64,000 bases of DNA from Promethearchaeota archaeon. Lineage in GTDB: Archaea; Asgardarchaeota; Lokiarchaeia; Sigyniarchaeales; SOKP01. Location of the stretch: assembly GCA_016839705.1 (NCBI GenBank), contig JAEOTR010000060.1, forward strand, positions 32,001 to 96,000, written 5' to 3'. The translations under genes were made by a program, and so were the position numbers. A model generated the notes under the pieces. That model was not told the origin of the DNA and searched no databases. It was given only the letters and a program-made list of their open reading frames with translations. Positions 27,668-37,116 of the stretch are shown piece after piece; position 1 is the first letter of the stretch, and every line of letters begins with the position of its first letter.

Positions 27668-27724
27668 TATATATAGTGGTAATAACTCTATTTTATATAT
27701 AGTGGTAATAACTCTATTTTATAT
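27668..27724. repeat. 26-bp tandem repeat (2.2 copies) upstream of smc
   Basis: TATATATAGTGGTAATAACTCTATTT at 27668 and 27694, identical. Confidence 0.9.
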
Positions 27725-27751
27725 TACAAACGAAGTAAATGGAGAATAATT

Positions 27752-30700
27752 TTGACTTACATTAAAAAAATATCTATGACTGGTTTCAAATCATTTGGAG
27801 ACCGAACAGTAACGATAAAACTTTCAAGTGGGTTTACTTGCATAGTGGGGCCTAATGGGGCAGGGAAATCCAATATTATAGATGCCCTGTGCTTCGCCTT
27901 AGGAAGGTTAAGTAAAAAAACAATGAGAGCTAAAAGTCTTGAAGATTTAATTTTTGCTGGATCTCGTGGTAAAAATCCGTCTCAAAGAGCCTCAGTCACA
28001 ATGTATTTTGATAACTCTGATAATGTGTTTCCAGGGGGCACGGATACTTTTGAAATCACACGTACAATAAAAAGAGGAGGGGGTGGCGGTTATAAGATGA
28101 ATGGAGCAAAAACCACCCGTCAACAAATTCTGAACGCATTAGCCGCAGCAAATATTGATCCTGATGGTAGCAATCAATTTGTCTTACAAGGAAAGATTGT
28201 TGAACTTACACATATGGATACTGAAAACAGAAGATTATTCATTGAAGACCTTATAGGACTTCAAAAATACGATGAGATGAAAGATTCTACCTTAAAGGAA
28301 TTAGAAAAAGCAGAAAGAGATTTGGGACAATTTGAAGCAATTTTCAAAGAAGTATCCTCTCAACTTAAGAAAGTTGAAAAAGAGAAAAATGATGCATTGC
28401 TTTGGAAGGAGTTTGATGAACAAATAAACTTTTTAAATTCTCAATTGATTGCGCTAAAGATTTCAAAACTGAGAGAAGAAGAGGATGAATTAGAAAAGAA
28501 AATTGAATCTACTTTAAAAATCATTGAAGAATTAAAGGAAAAAATTAATAGGCAAGAGGATGTACTTACACAAGAATCACTTGTTATGGATAATATTCAA
28601 AAAGCAATAAGCGAGAAGGAAAAAGAAAGAGAAGAAATAAATGAGGTTATTACTCAATTAAAAACAAAAATTTCCTCTAACAACACAACCACAAATTACG
28701 CCAAAAAGTCAATAGAAAAACTGAACACTGAAATAGAGTCCCTATCAAGTTTACAGATGAAGCTTGAAGAAGGCCAAACTATTAATACCTTAATTGAAGG
28801 GGTCGTAAATGAAATTAGTGAATCCGAAAATAAAATCGAAGAAGCTAAAAAAGAAATAGAAAAAAGACAACAAACCCAATCAGAATTAGATATTAAAATT
28901 AAAGACAATGAAGAAGGAAAATCATCATTTAATAGTGAAATCTCTAAAATACAACAGAAGATTTCATCAAATAATGCTCAAATTAAAGTTCTTAAAGATA
29001 ATATTAAGAAAAATGAAGATAAGAAGATTAAGTTAGAAACAGAATTGAATAAGCTAAAAAAAGATGCTGAGAGTATAGATGAAGCCATTGATGATGCAAA
29101 AAAGGTAGAAAATGCAATAAGATCACAGATAGATAATTTAAAGACTCAAGTCGTTGAGGAAAATCAAAAGCAAAAAGATCTGGAAAATAAAATAAATAGT
29201 TTTCAAGAAAGTAAAAACAATTTAAATACAAAGTTAACAAATTTACAATCTAATTTATCTTCTCTTACTACAGAGATAAGTATGAATAATGGGAGTATTC
29301 AAGATTTAAATAATAAAAAGATAGAAACTGAAACAAAGATCCAGGAATTGAGCGATGGTAAGGATACAGAAATAGTAGTAAAAGGTTTATTAACTGAAAA
29401 TGAAAAAATCAATAAGGAAATAAAAGAATTAAAGGGAAAATTAAAAGAAGAAAACTCAACCTATAAAAAAAATGAACAAGACCTAGAATTACTAAAAGTG
29501 AAAAAAGATTCATTCGGATCTGAAATTAATGATAATAGAGGAAAAATTGATACTAGAAACACAGAATTAAAAATTTATACAAAAGAATTAACTACACTTG
29601 AACGGGAAAAAAATAGCTTAGAATTACAAGTAAACACTTTAAACAATAATATTTCAAAAATAGGAGACGAAATAGAAAAATTTAGCGTGAAAAAAGATAA
29701 CATTCAAGGTCGTTTAGAAGACCTTACAAAAGAGAAAGATAATGTATTAAAGAAAATTGAATCTTCCGAAATGGAATATGAGAAGAGCACTAGAGATATT
29801 ACCGGAATTCTACAGATATTAAACATGCTTACTCAAAACATTAATATCTCTGTTGAATCAATAAAAGGCAATATACAACAATCAAACGCAGAGGCAATCG
29901 AGACCTCTGCTGAAGACTTTAAGAAATATGTTCTTGATGTTGTAGATATAATGAAAACTGTTGAAGAAATTGGCAGTGATACAGAACTAGCAACTGAAAT
30001 GTCATTAATGCTTAAATCCATTATGAAAACTCTTAAGTTATTTACTGATAATGCAGATGATACAATTGAACAGTTGATAGAGAAGGTTAAAGAATCAGCG
30101 GACATCGAAATTCAATCCTCAACATTAACATTTGATAATTTCGTTCAAGATTTAATGGAAATCCTTGAAAATGTCTATCTTTCTTTAAGAAAATTAACAA
30201 TGTCGAAGAGTCAAGAATTATATAAACAATTGGAGGAGATATCTGAAAATATAAACTCCCAAACTGATGATTTTAATAATATCGAAAAGAAATTAACAGA
30301 AAATAATATTCAGAACAAGCATGATACTGAAAATGTCTCGTCATTTAATCGCAGACTTGATGAAATTAATAAAAGGAATCAAGAATTAAACGAGAGAATG
30401 AAAAAATCAAATCAAGAAATAAATGAAAGAAATGGAATCATTAATGAGAGGCAAAAGGAGTCAGCAAATATTGACCAAGAAATACAACAATTAGAGGGAG
30501 TTAAAGAGACTTATTGGGAAAATATTTCAAAAATTCAAGATAATATCGAGAAAAAACAAATAGATTTAGAAAATTTGAGAAATAAAATACAAGAATTGCA
30601 TGGAATCCAAAATTTGTTTGAAAATATAGTGGAAATAGAGGAAAATATTCAAAAATTAAATAGCATAATTGATGAAAAGAAAAATTTAATTATTAATTCA

Positions 30701-32206
30701 CAAGAAGGTATAGAAAAGAATCAGGAAGAACAAAATTCTTTACAAAAAGAAATTGATGCTCTCGTTTTACAAAAAGAAAATTTTTGGGAAATAACAAGCA
30801 ATATACAAAAACAGATAGAAGATAAAAATAAAGAACTAGAAGAAAATATGGATCGATTGAGAGCACTTGAAAATGTTATGAGGATCATTAATACAATTGA
30901 AGATATAAAAAATGAAAATAATGAGGCAAAGGATAATATTGAAGCTTGTTTAAGCCAAACAAATGGGTTCAATTCACAAGTAGATGAGATTCAAATCAAA
31001 GTAGATCAAGCCCAAAAAATAATAGATTCATTCAGAAGTGATAAAACTAAAGAATTAGAATCACAAAAAACAGCCCAAAAAGAATTAAATAAATTTAATA
31101 AAGATTTACAAAAACAACAAAAAAAATTAAATGAGTTAAATAAGAATAAAGAAAGAGAGCAAAAAATTGATGAATTGAACCAAGAAATAAAAGATACTCA
31201 AAAGCAAATTGAATCGGTATTAAAAGAATTGGAAACATTTAAAGGTGATTTAGACTCAGAAAATGAGAAAAAAGATGCTAAACAAGAGGAAATTGATAAA
31301 CTAGCTAAAGAAAAGGATGAGTCTTGGAAGAAACAGAAGCAACACCAAAAAATGATTACGGACTTAAAGTCAGATCTCTCAATGGAGAATTCAAAGAAGA
31401 ATAACTTTGAATCTAAAAAAATTATCTGTGCTGATCAAATAGAAACTTTATTCCAAAGGTCTAAGGATTATGGCTCTTTACCACCAGTTACAGAAACTCT
31501 TTCAGAAAGCGATTTACAATCTGATATTGTAGAAGCTGCAAATAAGAAAAAAGTCCTTGAACCTGTTAACTTAAAAGCAATCGAACAGTATGATACTGTA
31601 AAAGAAAGATTTGATGAAATTGATATGCGTAGACAAACAATTCAGAGAGAAAGAAAATCGATTTTAGACGCTATAGATAAAATCGAGTTGGAAAAAACAC
31701 GTACATTTATGAAAGCTTATCATGAAATTAATCGTGAATTTTCGCATGTATTCCAGAAATTATCTCCCGGGGGTTCAGCAAAAATGATATTAGATCGTCC
31801 GGATAAACCATTTGAAGGGGGAATTAGTATAGAAGCGAGACCAAGAGGAAAAAAAATAAGTTCATTAGAAATTTTAAGTGGCGGTGAGAAAACACTCGTG
31901 GCGCTCTCGTTTATCTTTGCCGTCCAGGAGTTCTATCCCGCGCCTTTTTACGTTTTAGATGAGATCGATGCAGCCCTTGATGGTCCTAATGTACATCGAA
32001 CCTCTGAGGTTATTAGAGAATTTTCTCAACAAGCACAATTTTTAGTAATCAGCCACCGTGAAGAAAATATTGTAAATTCAGACAGAATTTATGGCGTATC
32101 CATGCAACAGTCTGGTGTAACCGATATTTTTAGCGTTGATTTAGAAGAAGAGGCTAAAAGGCTTTTAGAACTTGAAGATATCGAACCAACAATTACAGAA
32201 AATTAA
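27752..32206 (+). CDS. smc: SMC protein, elongated, canonical hinge not recognisable
   Basis: GFKSF, GPNGAGKSN, QG Q-loop, PVNLKA, LSGGEK, LDEIDAALD, ISH; followed by scpA and scpB. Confidence 0.95.
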   Translation: MTYIKKISMTGFKSFGDRTVTIKLSSGFTCIVGPNGAGKSNIIDALCFALGRLSKKTMRAKSLEDLIFAGSRGKNPSQRASVTMYFDNSDNVFPGGTDTFEITRTIKRGGGGGYKMNGAKTTRQQILNALAAANIDPDGSNQFVLQGKIVELTHMDTENRRLFIEDLIGLQKYDEMKDSTLKELEKAERDLGQFEAIFKEVSSQLKKVEKEKNDALLWKEFDEQINFLNSQLIALKISKLREEEDELEKKIESTLKIIEELKEKINRQEDVLTQESLVMDNIQKAISEKEKEREEINEVITQLKTKISSNNTTTNYAKKSIEKLNTEIESLSSLQMKLEEGQTINTLIEGVVNEISESENKIEEAKKEIEKRQQTQSELDIKIKDNEEGKSSFNSEISKIQQKISSNNAQIKVLKDNIKKNEDKKIKLETELNKLKKDAESIDEAIDDAKKVENAIRSQIDNLKTQVVEENQKQKDLENKINSFQESKNNLNTKLTNLQSNLSSLTTEISMNNGSIQDLNNKKIETETKIQELSDGKDTEIVVKGLLTENEKINKEIKELKGKLKEENSTYKKNEQDLELLKVKKDSFGSEINDNRGKIDTRNTELKIYTKELTTLEREKNSLELQVNTLNNNISKIGDEIEKFSVKKDNIQGRLEDLTKEKDNVLKKIESSEMEYEKSTRDITGILQILNMLTQNINISVESIKGNIQQSNAEAIETSAEDFKKYVLDVVDIMKTVEEIGSDTELATEMSLMLKSIMKTLKLFTDNADDTIEQLIEKVKESADIEIQSSTLTFDNFVQDLMEILENVYLSLRKLTMSKSQELYKQLEEISENINSQTDDFNNIEKKLTENNIQNKHDTENVSSFNRRLDEINKRNQELNERMKKSNQEINERNGIINERQKESANIDQEIQQLEGVKETYWENISKIQDNIEKKQIDLENLRNKIQELHGIQNLFENIVEIEENIQKLNSIIDEKKNLIINSQEGIEKNQEEQNSLQKEIDALVLQKENFWEITSNIQKQIEDKNKELEENMDRLRALENVMRIINTIEDIKNENNEAKDNIEACLSQTNGFNSQVDEIQIKVDQAQKIIDSFRSDKTKELESQKTAQKELNKFNKDLQKQQKKLNELNKNKEREQKIDELNQEIKDTQKQIESVLKELETFKGDLDSENEKKDAKQEEIDKLAKEKDESWKKQKQHQKMITDLKSDLSMENSKKNNFESKKIICADQIETLFQRSKDYGSLPPVTETLSESDLQSDIVEAANKKKVLEPVNLKAIEQYDTVKERFDEIDMRRQTIQRERKSILDAIDKIELEKTRTFMKAYHEINREFSHVFQKLSPGGSAKMILDRPDKPFEGGISIEARPRGKKISSLEILSGGEKTLVALSFIFAVQEFYPAPFYVLDEIDAALDGPNVHRTSEVIREFSQQAQFLVISHREENIVNSDRIYGVSMQQSGVTDIFSVDLEEEAKRLLELEDIEPTITEN

Positions 32207-32230
32207 AAAACTAAGCTTGAGTGAATTATA

Positions 32231-33232
32231 ATGTCTGAAAAAAAGAATTTGGCCAAACTCTATAATTTTAATGATTGGACTGTAAAAGAATTAAGGGAAT
32301 TTGCTGCAAAAAACAATATCAAAATTCCATCAAAGTCAAAAAAACAGGATATCATTATTTTACTTCAGAAAGTTGTATCCCATGAGGAATTCATAGATAG
32401 AACTCAAGAAGTTGAAGAGCTTGAAGAAGAATTAATTGCAGGTTTTGAAGATGATGAAGATTTTGCTTTATTGAGAAAAGAAAAAATGGAATTGAAATTT
32501 TGGCAAAAACCACCCTTTTCAAGTCTATTAGATCCGGAATTGGCTAAAGAGTCTGAAATTGCGTTTTATGACTTAGCAAGTCTAGTAGACGAATTTTTTG
32601 GCAAAATGCTTCATGAAGATTTAATAAATTATAAGATCTCCGGAATCGCACTTAAAACTTCAGCCTCATTGCACCATTATAAAATATCGAGTATAATACG
32701 CGAAGAAGAACAAATTCAAATGAAAGAAGAGCTTGAAAAATTTCGACAGAGACATTCAAGGTCAATTCCAAAAGCTCTACCCCAACCTATTCAACCCAAA
32801 ATGCAAATTGCTACAAAAGATGAATTATTTGACGCAATGAGATCTGCAATAATCGAAACTATGCAAAATAAGGAGAAATTAAAAAGAAGAAGAATACGAC
32901 GAGAAGAATTGAAACAACAAAAAATACAAATGAAATCCAAAGCCCAATTACCAAAAGAGCTTTTAAGACATATTAGTGGCAAAGAACAAACAGTACAGGA
33001 GTTACATGATTCCTGGTATAATCGAATAAAGGGTACCATCAACTTAAACAATAAGGAAACTAGCTTTTTTGACTTAACAAGCATTATAAAAGGTGAAGAA
33101 GAGAGTAGTGTTGGGCGGAAATTTTCCCTAGTAAGAATGTTTTTAGCTTTAATGTTTTTGTCTACAGGGAATAAACTAAATTTAACTCAAGATGAAGATT
33201 TCAAAGATATTTCTATAGATATTAAAAAATAA
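32231..33232 (+). CDS. scpA: kleisin ScpA with extra N-terminal Rho_N/HeH-like domain
   Basis: YDLASLVDEF..INYKISGIAL..SA N-helical domain; RMFLALMFL..G..L.Q.E.F.DI C-terminal wH; lies between smc and scpB. Confidence 0.85.
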   Translation: MSEKKNLAKLYNFNDWTVKELREFAAKNNIKIPSKSKKQDIIILLQKVVSHEEFIDRTQEVEELEEELIAGFEDDEDFALLRKEKMELKFWQKPPFSSLLDPELAKESEIAFYDLASLVDEFFGKMLHEDLINYKISGIALKTSASLHHYKISSIIREEEQIQMKEELEKFRQRHSRSIPKALPQPIQPKMQIATKDELFDAMRSAIIETMQNKEKLKRRRIRREELKQQKIQMKSKAQLPKELLRHISGKEQTVQELHDSWYNRIKGTINLNNKETSFFDLTSIIKGEEESSVGRKFSLVRMFLALMFLSTGNKLNLTQDEDFKDISIDIKK

Positions 33233-33252
33233 GAACTGTTATTAATGAAATT

Positions 33253-34188
33253 ATGAATGATTCTAATGAAAATTTAGAAAAGGATTCAACGGAAGAGTTA
33301 AAGGAAGAGAATAGTAAAAACCCCGATGCCCTACTCGACAAAGAGATTGGGTCAGATGATGTAATGGAAAAACAAGACGACAATGAGATCAATACAAACA
33401 TAACAAATATTGAAAACCCCCAAATAGAGAATTTAAATTCAATAAATGGAACAACAGAGGAAGCCCTTTCCACTCAAGAGATTGGGTCAGATGATGTAAT
33501 GGAAAAACAAGACGACTATGAGATCAATATAAACATAATAAATATTGAAAACCCTCAAATAGAGAATTTAAATTCAATGAATGGAACAACAGAGGAAACC
33601 CTTTCCACTCAAGAGATTGAAAAAGAATTAGTAGAAAAACAATTGAGAGATTTCCATAGAAATTTGATTGAAGCCTCATTATATGCAGCAGGTAGACCTT
33701 TAACAGTGGAAGAGATATCAAATAAATTAGAACTACCAAAAAAAGAAGTTGAAGAACTTACCAATGAGGTCGCATTTGAGTATCTTGAGCGTCCTACAGC
33801 ATTAATAATTGCTCAAATAGGAGACAGATTTCAGATGCAGATAAGACCAGAATATACGGAAAAAGTATCTAAATTTGCTAAAGGGGGGGCTATAGCAGAG
33901 AGATACTTGAGGACTTTAACAATTATTGCTTTAAAGCAACCAATTCTAAAATCAATGGTAATAAAATTAAGGGGAACTGGAGCTTATGAGCATGTTAAAT
34001 ATCTTGTAGATAACGGATTTATTGATACTGTGAAAAAAGGACGCTCTCAAGAATTAACTACTACAGATAAATATGCTGATATGTTTGGATTACCTAAAGA
34101 TAAAACTGAGTTGAAACGTGCTATGGTTACTCAATTAGGAATAAGTGATAACGGAGATCAGATACAGTCCAATGAGGGTGAAGATTAA
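33253..34188 (+). CDS. scpB: SMC-Scp complex subunit ScpB with acidic repeated N-terminus
   Basis: IEASLYAAGRPL, LRTLTIIALKQPI, RG..AY.HV, TTDK..D.FGL. Confidence 0.93.
   Translation: MNDSNENLEKDSTEELKEENSKNPDALLDKEIGSDDVMEKQDDNEINTNITNIENPQIENLNSINGTTEEALSTQEIGSDDVMEKQDDYEININIINIENPQIENLNSMNGTTEETLSTQEIEKELVEKQLRDFHRNLIEASLYAAGRPLTVEEISNKLELPKKEVEELTNEVAFEYLERPTALIIAQIGDRFQMQIRPEYTEKVSKFAKGGAIAERYLRTLTIIALKQPILKSMVIKLRGTGAYEHVKYLVDNGFIDTVKKGRSQELTTTDKYADMFGLPKDKTELKRAMVTQLGISDNGDQIQSNEGED
33341..33619 (+). repeat. 135-bp (45-aa) in-frame tandem duplication in scpB
   Basis: AAGAGATTG at 33341, 33476 and 33611; two near-identical EIGSDDVMEKQDD...LSTQ units. Confidence 0.95.
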
Positions 34189-34201
34189 AAAAAAAGAAGA
34201 T

Positions 34202-36811
34202 TTATTTCTGTGAGTTATAAATATAAATTTTAATCTCTAGATCTTCAATTTTTTGTTTTAAATCTGGATTTTCTTCTAATCCATTTTCCTCTGAAATCTT
34301 GATTATATCTAAATTTTCAATTCGAATAGTATTTTTAATGTCATCTCTTAATTTTTCAATTTTTTTCAATTGATTTTCTTCTGTTAGGATGACCACTTTT
34401 GATATTTCTTGATTTAATGGTATTTGAAGCTTTGATTTATTCATTCTTAACAATTTTATTATTTCAATCCCGATTTTTCCAATATCCGTTAAATCTTCAG
34501 AAACTTTTAGGTATTGACCTGGCCATCTTTCTTGATGTATTGACTTCAAATTTGTGAATCTTTTATAAATAATCGAATTTATTTCTTCAGATATAAAGGG
34601 CATTGTTACAGCAGAAAGAATTAACATCTTATAAAATAAATTCAATGCATTTTTTAAAGAAATTTCTCTAATATGATGGTCATTAGAATAGAATTTATGC
34701 TTTATTGCTTCAATATAATTATCACATAAATCATTCCAAAAAAAGGAACGCAAGCTAAGAGTAGCTCCATGCCAATTATATTCATCAAAATATTTACCAA
34801 TTATTTCTAAATTTTTGTTAAATTCAGAATAATAGAAACAATCTATTACCGATAAATCCTCAGTTTTAATATTCAGATTAGAAGTTTCGATCTTATTCAA
34901 ATTTAAGAATAAGAACCTGAAGGCATTCCAAATTTTCGTGATAAATCTGGATGTACCCACTAGCTGATCACATCTTATCCCGAATTTTTTGTTAAATTTA
35001 TCTTCTGGAAGTTTTACTCTTTCTTCCGCGATAACAGAATCAGAAATTGGTTGCTTAGTTTGAAGACTTATCCACGAAAATTCAAATGGATAATCGTCTC
35101 CTAAAGATCCCATAGCAGCCCATTGTCTAATCGCATCTGCACCATATAAAGGTAGAATCTCATCTGGTGAAATTGAATTTCCAAGACTTTTTGACATATG
35201 ACGGCCATCTGGACCTGCAACCATCCCGTTTATCATAACTTCATAAAAGGGGTCTTTTCCTGTCAATTTTTTGCATCGGAATAAGGTATAAAACAACCAT
35301 GTTCGGATAATCTCATATCCTTGGGGCCTATGAACTTTAGCTTTAAGATAAGTTTTCTCAAAAAAGTCTTCATCCTCCTTCCATTTTGCAATTTCTAATG
35401 GGGTTATACTAGAATCAATCCAACAATCACATACATCTTTTTCTCCGATGAGCTTTTCACTTTTACATTTCGAGCATTTTTTAATCGGAGGGTTAGTTTT
35501 TACAGGATCTAAAGGTAAATCTTCATTATTTGGGGCAATAATTTCACCACATTCTGCACAATACCAAAATGGGATTGGAGTGCCAAAAACTCTTTGGCGT
35601 GAAATAACCCAGTTCCAACCTAAACCTTCTGTCCAATCTAATAATCTTTGCTTCTGTTTTTCAGGATACCAATTCATTTTTTCTGCAGATTGAATAATTT
35701 CCTGGGTAAAATCCTTTACGTTGATAAACCATTGAAAAACAGGTAAATATTCTATTGGTTTTCGGCATGATGGCCTTTCAGAATGAACAATAATAGTGTG
35801 TTCATAATCTTCTATTTTTTCGACAAGTCCCATTTCTTTTAGATCTTTTACAATTTCCTCTCGAGCTTCATGAATTGTAAGACCTTGGTATTTGGAATTT
35901 TCATTCATATGGCCATCTTCCGTGAAAATCTGAATTTCATCAAGATTATATTGTATTTTCCAATTAATATCCATTTCATCTCCATAAGTACAAACATAAA
36001 CAACTCCTGTACCAAAATTCATATCCACTATGCTATCCATATAAATTCGAACAGTTCGGTCGGTAAAAGGAATCTTTATTTCCGCAGCAGAGAGATCGTA
36101 ATACCTATTATCATTTGGATGAACCATTACGGCGACACAGGCTTCCATATATTCAGGTCGTGTGGTTGCAATCGTGATAAATTCATTTTCTCTTCCTACA
36201 ATTGGTAATTTTATATACCATAATTTTCCTTGTTCTTCTTGATAACCTACTTCTGCTTTCGCAACAGATGTCTCACAGTTAACGCAAAAATGTGTTGGAA
36301 ATTTTTCACGATATAACCATCCCTTCTCATAAAAATATAACAGTGATAATTGAACTTTATACTTATAATCATCATTCATGGTTCGATATGTGTATTCCCA
36401 ATCAGCAGAATATCCTAAATCATCATATTGTCTTCTCATATTTTTTATATTATTATCAACCCATTCGACACATTTTTCGAGGAATTCATCTCTTTGATGT
36501 TGTGAGATTCCGTACTCTTTTTGCACGGCAAGTTCCACTGGTAATCCATGACAATCGAAGCCTTGTGGAAAATAGACATTATCTCCTTTCATCTTATGAT
36601 ATCTTGCAACAAAATCTATCCATGAGTGATTTAAAATATGTCCCATATGTAGGTTTCCACTTACAAAAGGAGGAGGGGTATCAATTGAAAATATTTCACC
36701 TTTTTGATTGATATCAAAAGAGTAAATTTTTTCCTCACGCCAGTACTTCATCCATTTGTTTTGAACTTCCTTAAAGTTAAACCGTTTTGGATATAATGCT
36801 TCTTTCGACAT
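34202..36811 (-). CDS. valS: valyl-tRNA synthetase (archaeal type)
   Basis: SIDTPPP, HMGH, ATTRPE, ISRQR, MSKS. Confidence 0.95.
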   Translation of the reverse strand: MSKEALYPKRFNFKEVQNKWMKYWREEKIYSFDINQKGEIFSIDTPPPFVSGNLHMGHILNHSWIDFVARYHKMKGDNVYFPQGFDCHGLPVELAVQKEYGISQHQRDEFLEKCVEWVDNNIKNMRRQYDDLGYSADWEYTYRTMNDDYKYKVQLSLLYFYEKGWLYREKFPTHFCVNCETSVAKAEVGYQEEQGKLWYIKLPIVGRENEFITIATTRPEYMEACVAVMVHPNDNRYYDLSAAEIKIPFTDRTVRIYMDSIVDMNFGTGVVYVCTYGDEMDINWKIQYNLDEIQIFTEDGHMNENSKYQGLTIHEAREEIVKDLKEMGLVEKIEDYEHTIIVHSERPSCRKPIEYLPVFQWFINVKDFTQEIIQSAEKMNWYPEKQKQRLLDWTEGLGWNWVISRQRVFGTPIPFWYCAECGEIIAPNNEDLPLDPVKTNPPIKKCSKCKSEKLIGEKDVCDCWIDSSITPLEIAKWKEDEDFFEKTYLKAKVHRPQGYEIIRTWLFYTLFRCKKLTGKDPFYEVMINGMVAGPDGRHMSKSLGNSISPDEILPLYGADAIRQWAAMGSLGDDYPFEFSWISLQTKQPISDSVIAEERVKLPEDKFNKKFGIRCDQLVGTSRFITKIWNAFRFLFLNLNKIETSNLNIKTEDLSVIDCFYYSEFNKNLEIIGKYFDEYNWHGATLSLRSFFWNDLCDNYIEAIKHKFYSNDHHIREISLKNALNLFYKMLILSAVTMPFISEEINSIIYKRFTNLKSIHQERWPGQYLKVSEDLTDIGKIGIEIIKLLRMNKSKLQIPLNQEISKVVILTEENQLKKIEKLRDDIKNTIRIENLDIIKISEENGLEENPDLKQKIEDLEIKIYIYNSQK

Positions 36812-36927
36812 TTCAAATTCTCTTAAGATGGGCTATTAATATAAAGTTGTATAATATTTGATAATTTAATAAGATTTATTCAACCCTAAGCTATTTCTGT
36901 TTATTTTTATGAATTGATGATTATTAA

Positions 36928-37029
36928 TGGACCTGACGGGAATTGAACCCGTGACCTCTTGAATGCGAATCAGGTAGTTAAGCGTTCTGCTTAATTAAAT
37001 CAAGCGATCTTCCACTGATCTACAGGCCC
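36928..37029 (-). tRNA. tRNA-Ala(CGC) with 30-nt intron 5' of the anticodon
   Basis: Minus strand GGGCCTGTAGATCAGTGGAAGATCGCTTGATT[30 nt]CGCATTCAAGAGGTCACGGGTTCAATTCCCGTCAGGTCCA; G3:U70 Ala identity pair; splice register ambiguous within 36968-37002 because TGATT is repeated. Confidence 0.88.
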
Positions 37030-37116
37030 AAATATAATTATTTGTTTTTATATTTTAAAAATCAAATTACCTAAAATTTTTTATTATTTTTATGAGATTT
37101 TGAAATAAAAAAGAAG

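Noticed and set aside
27668-27724. CRISPR-like repeat
   Set aside because: Only two abutting copies, with no spacers and no cas genes
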